Positions 1-11,386 of a stretch of DNA of 64,000 bases are shown here, one piece after another (position 1 is the stretch's first letter; the number at the start of each line of letters is the position of its first letter). Under the pieces are notes generated by a model. That model did no database searches. It was given only the letters and a program-made list of their open reading frames with translations, and was not told the origin of the DNA. This stretch comes from Blasia pusilla (Eukaryota), in the NCBI GenBank assembly GCA_050084515.1, contig CM114271.1:27528001-27592000 (forward strand), given 5' to 3'. The position numbers and the translations under genes were made by a program.

Positions 1-359
1 TTCCTAGGGATAAGATTTCCTTTAAGTTCCTCCATTAGTGGTACCTCTATCTCGTTAGTGTCTAAACATGGTTGCACAAAAACGGACAAGTCCATCTCTA
101 GGACAGACATGGATTACCAGAGGTGAGGCCCACACTTATAGTTCATGATGGAAGGTCGGGCAAGGGCAGGTGGGGCAATAAGGGGGGAGGAAGTGGGGGT
201 AAAGGGAGGAAGAAATAGGAAAGTCTCCTTTCAGGTTCCATTTTTTAAGGTTCACTTAAGGTTGCTTCTTGCTTTGAACTGAGTGCTTGCTAGGTTTTGA
301 ACCTCTTGGGTTTTGTCCTTGTCTCTTTGGGTTTCCTCTTGTTAAACTTGCCAAATGGT

Positions 360-749
360 GCTCCCGCCTTCATAGCTAGGACCATCTTGTCTCTTCTATC
401 TCTTCACTTGCCACTTTTTGATTTTCCATATCATTAATGGCTACCTTTAACTTCCCAAACTTGGTTTCCAACATTGCATTTTTCTTCCTCTGTTTCCTTT
501 TCAACTTATTTGGCATGGGCTCCATAACTTTTAAGACTTCGTTGGCTGGTGACATGTCATCAATCACCACCAACTTCTTTTGGAATTGAATGATGAAGCT
601 TATAATCGAGCCTCCCAACCACATCTACTGCAACTGAATCCTAGCTAGGATCTCTCATTCTAGAGCGCTTAACACCCCATCATTTTTAAGGTGAGCGCCC
701 TCAATCAAAGTTTGTAGTATTTTTTTTCCTTTTAGAATTCTTGATACCA
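360..749 (-). mobile_element. Degenerate LTR-retrotransposon fragment (PBS-like site followed by gag-like remnant)
   Basis: Minus strand TGGTATCAAGA at 739-749 resembles the tRNA-iMet PBS TGGTATCAGAGC. The downstream minus ORF 376-624 is weakly gag-like. No boundaries defined. Confidence 0.3.
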
Positions 750-1859
750 CATGAGTTCACATGCATGTTGCCAACTTCAAAGAGGCATTGACTCCCGATT
801 TGGCTCTTGAAATATGATAATTCCCGAAAAAATGCTCCATCTTAATCATCCACTTATTGAGGCACTTGATGTCTATCTCGTCCCTATACACAAGTAACAT
901 GTTCCTCACATCTCTCAATTGATACCTTGGGGACAAGATGGAAGTTGATCAATAAGACTTCATGGACTCTCCAACCATATTCTCCATTTGGGCTAAGGGT
1001 TGATCCTTCAACGCCTTAAAGATGGCTCTATAGACCTCAAGGAAGCTCACAAGTGGTTGGACCCCCATGAGCTTCTTTTAAGACTCCATGCTTGCCATCC
1101 TTTCTCACTAGAAATATGTGTGTGGGCTTTTGCACTTGGGTGTTGAGGCCCCCAACATTGAGCTAGCTCTTCCAATGAGTCACAAAGAGTCTTTTGAAAG
1201 GATTTTTTGCCAAACGATATTTCGTCCATGTATCCCTCATTCTAATTGGACATCTCATCGAATCTCTCAAGGTACAAAAAATTTAGTAGGAGATATAGGC
1301 CTATATTCTTAATCCACCATCCCTCCATCCTCCCCCATTGCAAGGAGGTTCAAGATCCATCACTTTCTTCTTACTACTACATGGCTTACCCTTGTCTTTG
1401 GCCATGTTGATCGTTGCTGCTGAAATTGCACAGTAATTGTGGCATGTTTCCTGGTTTATTATGCTACTACATCATAGACTTCAACGTCTACTCCCAATTG
1501 CCTATCTACAAAGCACTCTTGACCTTGAGATTTTCATGCATAAGTCTTAGGTCGAGTGTCATAGATCCAACCATTTACTCGGTCTGTACGTAGTTGAGTA
1601 ACTACCAAACACTAATCAGTTTTAAGTCTCCCAAGGTGCATAACATCTCCTTGGGAAGCTCCTTCCCCAATTCTTGACCAATCTCCTTAATTTTTTTTGC
1701 CTTTATTGGAGTGCTTTGCTAAATTCCTTAAGGTGCGCCCTTAATGGTTCCTTAAATCAAGCCTGAAAGATGGCCAAACATTCATCACAGTCAATCCCTT
1801 GTTCATGATATAGAGATAGTAAAAATTTCTCTAGTCTATGAACATTTTTTAGTAAGTCT

Positions 1860-2230
1860 CTAATTAGGACTCAATATTTGAGTCGTAGGCCAAGGTCCAA
1901 AGTTGGTGTCCATTACTTGTTCACTTGGACTTGGTTTGGTGTCAAAACCCCAATGCCAACCTCTCAATCCATCCCATGCCTTTGGTTCACCCCCATAGTT
2001 CCCCAGGTGGGGTTTAGGTTCCAAACATCCTTAAACATCCTCCTCATTATATATTGTTCTAGAGATCCCTACCCCTTCCCCACATATAGAGAATTCCTCT
2101 TGGGCCCCTCCTTGTGGCACTCAACCTAACTATCATTTTGAGAGTTTGTGGATGGTTTCTAGGTCTCTGCTCATGCATTTATATGGATTTTTAGTACGTT
2201 GGAATTATCTTCATAAATGTCCTACATAAA
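1860..2230 (+). repeat. Dispersed repeat family copy (probably LTR of a large retroelement)
   Basis: Shares motifs such as CTTGGTTTG(G/A)TGTCAAA...CC(C/A)AGGTGGGGTTT(A/G)GGTTCCAAAC with 8640-9200, 5290-5900 (inverted) and 26740-27068. Boundaries approximate. Confidence 0.6.
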
Positions 2231-3626
2231 TGCATTTATATGGATTTTAAGTACATAGATATCCTCATAAATGCAAATCGTTTAATGTCAAGTCTTTTGG
2301 GAAGCCCATCCTTGACATTGAATTGAATTCTAATAGCTAATCCCAAATTCTTCTTTTACTTAAAGTCTTAGGTTATCATATGGAGTACTTTGAAACATTT
2401 AGCTTCTTGTTCTTAGGTAACCATAGATTAGCCTCCTTGACCTGACCTAATAAGCTAACTAACTAAGCATTCTACCTAAGACTTCACTCGCTCTCAACAT
2501 GTAAACATCCCACTTCTTTACGAGGTCGCCAAGACATACTAATTTTGGATAGCTATTGAATTGGAATAAGATGCGTCACTAAGTTTACTTATGATTTCAT
2601 GAGTAAAATCACCCCAAGCCCCAAGATAGAGTAACCTATCTTGTCGACGCTAGACCAAAATTTGGTCTTCCAACATTTACTCTTGCTCTAGGTGCTTATC
2701 CAAATCAAATTGCTCTCCTCAAATATGACTTGCATCTCCTCTTGAGATACATCCTAAGCCCATGAAAAACTAATCATTTCTACGCACTCCAAGAAATAAA
2801 TTGCAACCTTCAAACTCATGCATTGAATCTCCAAATCCATCACTTTATTGAAAAATTGGCACATTCTAGATATAATGGATTTTGAGCCCCAAAATTCCAA
2901 TGGTCACAAGTCATATGCCTAGTATCTCTATGTTTTAATGCATGTGCTTTCCTTGCATTTATTTGAAGTCTTGTAACACCTCTTGATTATGTTCCAAATG
3001 GGCTTGTGCAAATCCAAGTCATCTCCTTTATTGAATCTTATTGGTCCTCACTCACATAATTCCTCAGTATCGGTTCACAACCAAGTTTACACACTCTTTC
3101 TCTCCATCTATTTGAGGATGAAAAGATGTGCTAAGGCAAAACTTCGTTCACAAAATTTTGAATCAATATTTGGATCTTGATATGAAACAGTTCTCATTGG
3201 TGACCTATGTGATTGCCACCAACTATCTATGAAAAGCCGAGAGATTGCATAAACCATCACAAAATCCAAATTTTGTGCAAACCTTGCCAACTTGTTAAAC
3301 CGAAAAAAAATCAAAAGTAATCCATTATTTATATCCCTCAAACTCTAGAGGACACTAGAACAGATCCTTGGTTTTTTGACTTATATGAGTCATATCTTAC
3401 CATCAATAACTAGAAATGACTAGTTACTTGTAGAGACACAAAAGCCAGATCATATGTTCCACATAATTTGAATGATTAGCATTTTTGGCTGACATGGTAT
3501 GAAAATGTGAGTCATATTGTGATGATTATCATGATTCTCATGTCAAGTGCATGAAATGGCAAGTGATTTGATGATATAGACTAAATTATTAAAAAAAACT
3601 GTCCAACCATATGCCCCATCCTCCAT

Positions 3627-3841
3627 CAAGGTTGCACAAGGACAAAGTTTGTGTCCGTACGGGCTCTGATACTCGTGGCTTGCACCTGTTTTGTGGCCCA
3701 CGCGGCGGGCTCTATGCGGGCCACAAAATGGGTGCGAACTTGGCCTACCCGGGTCTATGCGGCGGGCTTAGATGCAGGCCGCAAATATCCGAGTGGCATG
3801 TCCATCCCATGGACGAACTTGTCCGTTTCCATGCAACCTTG
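3627..3841. mobile_element. hAT-type MITE
   Basis: TIR CAAGGTTGCA...TGCAACCTTG with perfect 8-bp TSD TCCTCCAT (3619-3626 and 3842-3849). Confidence 0.85.
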
Positions 3842-4028
3842 TCCTCCATCTATTTTTCCATCCCTCCATACATTATTTCTATCCATGTGCCACACTCTCC
3901 ATCCACATTCCTCCCACCTCCCACCTTCTACCTTCTATCCGTCCATCAATTCCATTTCTTCATGCTTATTCCATTCATTCATCCTATCTATTCAAGCATG
4001 TCACCCTCTAGTTGTTCATCAAGTCCTT

Positions 4029-4654
4029 TGTCATGTCTCTTAGGATAGATCGGTGAGATCTAGTAGAGCGCCTTTTTGAGTAGCGGAGGACATGCTCAGT
4101 AGGTTGAGGATGACCTGCAGAGGCCCCGGGAAACCTGCTCTCGTTTCGGCTCATTTGGAGCTATATTGAGGATCTTACTATTTTAGGTAAGTACCATTTT
4201 GAGTATGTGATCGACTTTCTATTTTTTTAAGTGGCCCTTGACCTCCTACATCAGGTCAAGAGCCAAGGAGGTGACTTGGGAGCATAGGTTACCATGGAGA
4301 GAGCTTGGGAGAGGGGAGGGGTATACCTCAAGGAGAGAGAGTTTGAGAGCTCATTCTCTCTTTGTTGAACCTCTTGGCATGAGGCGGCGGAGCTATGGTC
4401 CCTTGCCTTGTGAGTGTAACCTAAGCCTCTCATTAGGAGAGTGGGTTTGGTTTGACATGAGAGACAATGCACACCTTTGAGAGCTATGGTGTGAGATGGT
4501 GTAGAGAGAGATTGGATCTTACTTTAATTGGAGATATTTTGGTACTTCTTGTCCTGTTGTTTAGATGCCATGATTTAGCATGGGATCGTGCGTGTTTGTG
4601 TAAGTGTTTAATGACAACGATGTATATTTTGTAGCGATGTGTATGCGCACGACA
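4029..4654 (+). mobile_element. Solo LTR of the DNMT/PHD Gypsy family
   Basis: TGTCA...CACGACA termini, 4-bp TSD CCTT (4025-4028, 4655-4658), and high similarity to the LTR at 43447-44088. Confidence 0.85.
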
Positions 4655-5289
4655 CCTTCTCCATCCATTAGCCCCATCCGTAAACTCCATTCGTCCATGC
4701 ATTCCGTCCTCTATCTATCCATGAACTCAATATCCATCTATCCATATATACACCCTATCTTGGATCCATCAACTTAGTCTACCAAAATACATCTTTGTTT
4801 GGATTCAAACCCAAGGTTACAAAAAAATAGACATATCCATAAACATGCCCAATAGTTATCCCATCCGGATTTTTTCGATACTCCATAGGCCCACGCGGGC
4901 TTGGGATACGGCTTTGGTTGCACAAAAAAGGGCAAGTCCGTCCTTATGAGGGAAATGGATAGACAAGTGTGGACAAGTCCACAAACATGAGTTGCAAGAG
5001 GTTGTTGCGTTCCTCATGACCAAACGAGTGCCAAAGCGGAACATCAAAACACTAGCGGGCTCACGCTAAGATGGTTTGCGCGTTGGAGTGGTCTCAGAGA
5101 CGAGACAAGAGACGAGACGCAAGCGAGGCTTCGCATTTCATATGTTGTGGTTGCAATTGAGAAACCTAGACCAAATGCGGATCAAGACTTGAGAGGAGTC
5201 AAGTCTAGGAAGTGGGTTGCCAAAGGAAGGAATCCGGATTTGGGACGCCACTAGCGTTTGAGAGTTTCTGACTGTATTTATGGCCATAA

Positions 5290-5900
5290 ATTTTAGCTCC
5301 AAAATGCGTTTAAGACGAATAAAGATGGTTGGAAAGCTTATGGAAATCCAGTTCAAATGCACTAAAGATCTCCGCAAACGCACAAGTAGCGGCTGAGAAA
5401 CAACCCAAAAACGACTCTAAGTAGAATCGGGTTGAGGGCCACAATGAAGGGCCCGACCATCCTTTTCCAAAGGTAGGGGATGTTTGGAGATCCCCAGAAG
5501 TACTAGTAAGGGGGAAGGTATCCAAGGGTGCTTGGAACTCGAACCCCACTTTGGGCGCTACCGGGCGGCTCAAGGGCATGGAACGGATCGGGAGTTTGGA
5601 GTTGGGCTTGAAAACCTGAACCAAGTCTATTGAGGTGATTTTAGAGATCCCTCTTGGATTCCAACCCGTGACTCAATTACTTGGGTCTTGGTTAGAAACT
5701 TGCACGAGGTCCGTTGAACAGTTGGAACCGCTAGGCGCGCAGGTGCCGTTTTAGGTTCCTGGACTAACCAAAAAGTCTGTTCCAAGTCTTGAAGGACTTT
5801 CCATTTTGGGAACCTAGGAAGTAAGGAAGGTTGAGCTTGATGAGATGCCGAGTTGAGAACTGGATGGGTTGGAAAGTCGCTTGATCCAAAGCCAGACTAA
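5290..5900 (-). repeat. Inverted copy of the dispersed repeat family seen at 1860-2230 and 8640-9200
   Basis: Reverse complement shares CCCAAAGTGGGGTTCGAGTTCCAA and neighbouring motifs with the other copies. Confidence 0.55.
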
Positions 5901-6279
5901 TGTGAGTGCGTTTGGGTGCAAGTCGGGGATGAGAGCGTGTCCCACTGAACGTACGCTTCCACAATACTAGAGATTGACATTCAAGGAGAGTAGGCGCACG
6001 ACAGAGGTGGGGCCCATACTTATAGTTCATGATGGAAGGTAGGGCAAGGGCGAGTGGGGAAAAAAGGAGGAAGGAAGTGGGGGGAATGAGAAAGAAGGGG
6101 AAGGTGAGGCCACATGGATAAATCCTTCCATAGGACGGACGTAAGTCCACAGACACAAATATTTTCCATATGTAACCTTAGAAATAGGAATGGGTACGGG
6201 CTCTGATTAAGGGAATAACAACAATCAAATATGTGTTTGGGCTTTGAGCCCTTGCTTGGCATCTATCAAGCTCATGCGT

Positions 6280-7551
6280 TGTCGTGTCGAGAGCCTTTCT
6301 TCGAGCAAGGACGGGCCTTCTAGCTGCGGTAGATGCGGTCGATGCAAGGTGAACTCTCTAAGAAGTTCTCCTTTTTCAATACAAAATTATGATGTACACT
6401 CTCCATTCTCTCACGACACGTATCACAAATGGAAGTGCCGAGGCGATCACTTCTTCGTAACATCGGACCCCGAAATTCCTAAGTATAAAATTCCTATAAA
6501 CTATTTTACGCTTGTACACGAGGAAGATAGCACAACTAGTGTTAAACCCTACTTGAGCAGGCCTATTGACATCCATGGATCGCTATATAAGGACGTACAA
6601 AGTACAATCCCATGTCCTTCCATATGTGACGATAGGAAGAATCACCGGAGTTGGAGATTGCATGACCTGGTTCATGAACGCCTCCCCAAAGTGATAAACT
6701 AAATATCGAGTGAACCAGTGTCTATCTACAAAGAGTACCTTAACATGGTATGGATTGAGGAAAGGAAAGTCGGGCACAACTCGTGCTCCACCCCTATCCA
6801 TGCTTGATAGACATTCTTTACTCTCCTCAAGAATGGGTTTTGGCGGAATTATTCTCCCAAGAGGGGTAATCCACTCTCATTGGGGAAGTAACAAGCCAAA
6901 AAATTCACTATTTTAGTATGACTAAACTCCTCTAAGATGACAAACCTCTCATCTCCACACACACACACCACACTCTAGAAACCTCTCGAAGAATAGACCA
7001 TGATCAAGTTACTCATCCAAGAGGGGTGATCCACTCTCATTGGAAGAGCAAGCAATCCCAAAGCCATACATTCAAGAGAGACACGAGAGACTCAAGATGT
7101 GGAATAGAAGGTGATGAACCCTTGAAGGTCCCTCCTCTTTATATACTCACAAGGGATCCACAAGAGTACGAAATAGAGCTTATCTTATCTTGTGCCATAT
7201 GACTTCCTCTCAAGGCTTAGCCAATCACATTTTGACACAAGTAGATTTCCTCTTATTTCTTCCAAAATATCCTCTTTTACCCACTTGATATTTTCCAAAT
7301 TACCCCAACTAACCTAGCCACCAACCAAGACTACTTTTGTTTTTCATTAAAGCAACTACTTTACTTTTAAAAAGTCATCTTTTATTTATTACCTCTTTTT
7401 TAAAAGTTGGGCCCGCATAAAAGAGGCACCATAAAGAGGTTTAAACATAAGAATTTCCTTTTTGTAAGCCAATTTACTTAATACTAATGAAACTCTATCT
7501 AACACTTAATGACGAAGGAATTTACATACTTGTTGATTTTACTATACGACA
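6280..7551 (-). mobile_element. 1.27-kb solo LTR, copy A
   Basis: TGTCGT...ACGACA inverted termini, 4-bp TSD GCGT (6276-6279, 7552-7555), near-identical copy at 47634-48906, and TATA-like TATATAAAG on the minus strand near 7140. Confidence 0.85.
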
Positions 7552-7599
7552 GCGTTGCCCGCGGCCACGCAAGTAAAAGGCATGTAAAAGTCACGCACT

Positions 7600-8077
7600 A
7601 TAGGCAAGGCTTATAGAGTGTGCGCTCTATGCAAGCATGTTGTAGGCTTAGGTGGGCTAAGCTTGCAACATATTCTTGTGATTGGAGTAGGAAAATTTCT
7701 CTTGCAAAGTTTCTTGCTAGAGATAGATCAATGTCCAACTCAGAAATCCACTTACTAAGCCAAAGGCCCCATGAAAGATTTGCATTTGAGACATCCTCAT
7801 GCCTAGAGCTTGTCAATGTGTTAGGAATCGTAGTCTCCTTGTCAGACTCTTGGTCATGTAATGGTTTGTCTCTTGGTTTTTATTGCTTGAGTGAGCATTT
7901 GGGAAAAGATCCATCTACCATTTCCATCCTAAAGCCTTCGTCCGTTTAAATCCTTTCCTCATCTCTTGCATCCCTCACCAAGTGTCTAGGCCTCAAATGA
8001 ACCTTGTCTTCTCCCAAACATCTAGTCAATACCTACGATCATGAGTTCAGGCTCACCAAAGATTGGCTCTAATACCA
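7600..8077 (-). mobile_element. Degenerate LTR-retrotransposon 5' internal fragment
   Basis: Minus strand TGGTATTAGAGC (iMet PBS-like) at about 8066-8077, followed by decayed coding-like sequence. Confidence 0.35.
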
Positions 8078-8095
8078 CATGTTGTGCACTTACTC

Positions 8096-8494
8096 TAGGG
8101 TTGCAAAAAAAAAAGTTTGTGTCTGCAGACTTATGTCAGTCCCTAAGACAAACATCTATGTGCGGGCCCCAGTACCCGCGGCTTGCACTAGTTTTGTGGC
8201 CCACAACCAAACCCGCACATGGCGGGATGGGCCTCCATTGGGGGGGCTCATGCTTGCGCATGGTGGGCTTGCATGCCATGCATGAGCCAGAGCCCACCCA
8301 ATGGGGGCCCATCCCACCATGTGTGCACCTTGCACCGGCCTGGCTTCATGCCACAAAACCGATGCGATAGCGATCAACCCGGATGCCCATTACTGGCTCG
8401 ACGGGCTCTAGGAGCGGGCTCATATGCGGGCCACTGGAACCCATGCAAAATTTCCGTCTCATGGGCGGACTTGTCTTTTTTCTGTGCAACCTTG
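8096..8494. mobile_element. hAT-type MITE (same TIR family as 3627-3841)
   Basis: TAGGGTTGCA...TGCAACCTTG termini. Flanks ACTTACTC/ACCTTCTC are a 6/8 match to an 8-bp TSD. Confidence 0.7.
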
Positions 8495-8639
8495 ACCTTC
8501 TCCCTTAAACTCTGATCTTTTGCATCTTAAAAGCTTACGTTCAATATGTTACGGTCTTCTTATTGATCTCCATCCAAAAAACACTCATATTAGCCATAGT
8601 TTAGATCCACGAACCTTGTGTCTATTGAGTTTTGGTCTC

Positions 8640-9200
8640 AAGGCATTCTTCAAGCTCATAATCTAGATGGGCCACATGATCCAACCCATCACTACCCAAT
8701 ATAGGAAAGTCATTCAAGACGCAAGACAAACTTCCTTGATGGTCTGGTGATTAGAAATGACGCTAGTACATGTGGAAATCCCAACTACCCAATGGACCTC
8801 GAACAAGTATCTAATCGAGACTCAATATCCAAGTTACGGATCAAGGTTTAAGGTTGGTGTCCATAATTGGTCCAGTTGGACTTGGTTTGATGTCAAACCC
8901 CAATGCAAGCCTCTCAATCCATCTCGTGCCCTTTGTTCACCACCATGGTTCCCAAGGTGGGGTTTGGGTTCCAAACGCTCTTTGAGACCCTCCCCCTTCA
9001 AGATAGTTCTAGAGAATCCCATCCCCTCCCTACATCTAGCGAAGTCCTCTTGGGCCGCTCCTTGTGGCCCTCAACCTATCATTTTGATAGTTTGGGGATG
9101 GTTTCTAGATCTATACTCATGCATTTTTCCATATTTTTGTGCGTTGGAATTAGCTTCTCACAAGCTTTCTAACACCACTTTAATTATTCATCCCAAATGC
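8640..9200 (+). repeat. Dispersed repeat family copy (LTR-like)
   Basis: Similar to 1860-2230, 5290-5900 (inverted) and 36140-36400. Confidence 0.6.
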
Positions 9201-9309
9201 ATCTTGGCAAACACTAGAGAGGATGGCACATGTTTTGGAATTTTCAAACACAATGTTTTTTGAAATATGGGATGAATCCCAACCAAGTGCAAGCTTCCTC
9301 CATCTCATA

Positions 9310-10244
9310 TCTATATTATTATTAGAGGATGTACTTTCACTCTTTCAAATATTTAAGTGCATGCCACATGTTATATACTATGACCTCTAAGATAAGGGTT
9401 CAAAGTTTGCTAACTCGTTTGAAAAAGTGAGTGATCTTCAAGCGTGAATCAAATTTGGTCTTGGAAGTAGTGGGAGAAGTAATGGCTATGTTTTGGAATC
9501 TTGTGTGAAGCACTAGCTCTTTTTCCACTCATACTATTCCCATTATTTTCTTTCATTTCAAAATAATTATCAATTTTAAACGCTCTTCTTTTTTTTCCTC
9601 AAAATTTCTCCATCATTCTCCTTTTATTGATTTTCCTTGATTTTCCTCTATCAAGGAAGGTTTCCCATTTGGATTTATTTTAACCTCCTCAATCAAAATC
9701 CAATAATCCTTCTTTCCCCTTTTCCAATATGTTTCATATAATCATACAATTAGTAAGTAAAAACTTAATGTAATTTACATGAAAGAATGAGTCATTGCTT
9801 CCTTAGCTAACAACGAATAACTGCAAGGGGCCATTTCTAGATGCCAACATCCGTGCTATTAGTGTATAACCATGTCTCGTAGTGCTTGCATGAGATGTCA
9901 ACACTTGACTATTTTGACTAATACGAGCTTCCCACCTGTCCCACATACCTTAAGATCACTCAAGTGTTGGTTTTGTGCTGCGATCAAGTTAATAGGTCCC
10001 ATTTTAGAATAATGATAGGTAATTTGAATTTCCCATCATTACTTGTGCATCATATGATGATATGAGGCATATGCTAATATCATAAGGAGAAGGACATAAA
10101 TGCTACATATATATTATTATTTGAGGGGCATTTCTCAAATGGTGACACGTGACGCACAAACACATATACATATAAACTTATAGAGCCGGGCCATACATAT
10201 GTAAAGGACCATGCACCGCACAGTCCCTCACGGGCCCTAACTAG
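9310..10244 (+). mobile_element. Putative non-autonomous Helitron
   Basis: Starts A|TCTATATTATTATT, the same 5' end as the array at 10512-11304. Ends with a degenerate GC-rich hairpin and CTAG|T at 10241-10244. Confidence 0.5.
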
Positions 10245-10511
10245 TCTTTGCTATTGATAGTCAACTCATGGTAGATTCATAATTTTTTGGAGCCTCCATG
10301 TCTACTAGAAATGTAACTTCTACATGGAATCAAGCTTTTGCAACATGTATGGTCTTGTACTAGTCAATCAATCATGTGGAATCCAACTCTAACAAAGGGC
10401 TCAAGGACACAAATTATCGTATTAGTATTTTGCGCAAGTTTACTTTTCTAGTTTTTTTCCCTTAGGCCACCTCCACCCGCTACATATAGCAAGCCATGTC
10501 CACTTGGTGGA

Positions 10512-11304
10512 CTAGTGGGCAGTCCGTGCCATACACCGTAGTGAAAAGACTAATCGTATTGCAATTTTTTTCTTGTTGCCTATAAAATGGAAAATAATTT
10601 TGTAGCTGCCATTACAAGAAGAAATATTTTCTTGCTGCTCAATTGCCAAATGTAAAGTACAAAGGTGTTTGCAAATTAAGAAAGTACTCTCTCATATTAA
10701 TATAGACTAGTAAGGTGCCCGTGCCATGTACGGGAAATTAAAAAAAGTGATTGAAGAGCTAGTGTAAAGCACGTGAAGGGAAGAGATTAATGATGTTGCA
10801 CATAAATTCATTTTTTTCTTGCTGTCCAATTGTCACGTGTCAAGCAGAGAGGTGTTTGAAAATCAAGAAGGCACTCTCCCATAATAATATAGATAAGGTG
10901 CCCGTGCGATGCACGAGAAAAAAAAGAGTGTTTGAAAAGCTAGTATATAGCCCGTGAAGGGAAGAGATTGATGATGCCGCACATAAATTCAAATTTTTTT
11001 TGGCTGCCCGTAGCATGTGAAAATTTTTCTTTCTGGCCAATTACCATGTGTCAAGTAGAGAGGTGTCTGCAAATCAAGAAGGGACTCTCCCATAATAATA
11101 TAGACTAGTAAGGTGCGCGTGCGATGCACGGGAAATAAAAAAGTGTGTGAAGAGTTAGTATATAGCCCATGAAGGGAAGAGATTAATTATACTACACATA
11201 AACTCAAATTTTTTTTTCCTCCCCATAACATGTGAAACATTTTCTTGTTGCCCGATTGCCACAACGTTTACAAATCAAGAATCACTCTCCCATAATAATA
11301 AAGA
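10512..11304 (-). mobile_element. Head-to-tail tandem array of four ~200-bp mini-Helitrons
   Basis: On the minus strand each unit runs 5'-TCT(A/T)TATTA..ATG(G/A)GAGAG...CCCGTGC-ATC-GCACGGG-like hairpin...CTAG-3'. CTAG|TC junctions at 10706/10707 and 11104/11105. The array sits in an A|T target. Confidence 0.8.
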
Positions 11305-11386
11305 TGTGGGGGAGGCCGAAGGGGTTCAAATGAGAGGAGAGGAGACCTAAAAGAAGGACTTGCTCAACTTGTTGCACATCAAAGTC
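11305..11386 (-). pseudogene. LecRK pseudogene, kinase subdomain XI fragment
   Basis: Reads DFDVQQVEQVLLLGLLSSHLNPFGLPH, matching the RLK 'L.LGLLCSHP.P..RP' motif. Continuous with 15365-15735 once the Copia is removed. Confidence 0.75.

Noticed and set aside
6244-6702. 152-aa ORF repeated at 47568-48056 as a gene
   Set aside because: It starts outside the element in both copies, lies in a solo LTR, and its conservation simply reflects near-identical DNA.
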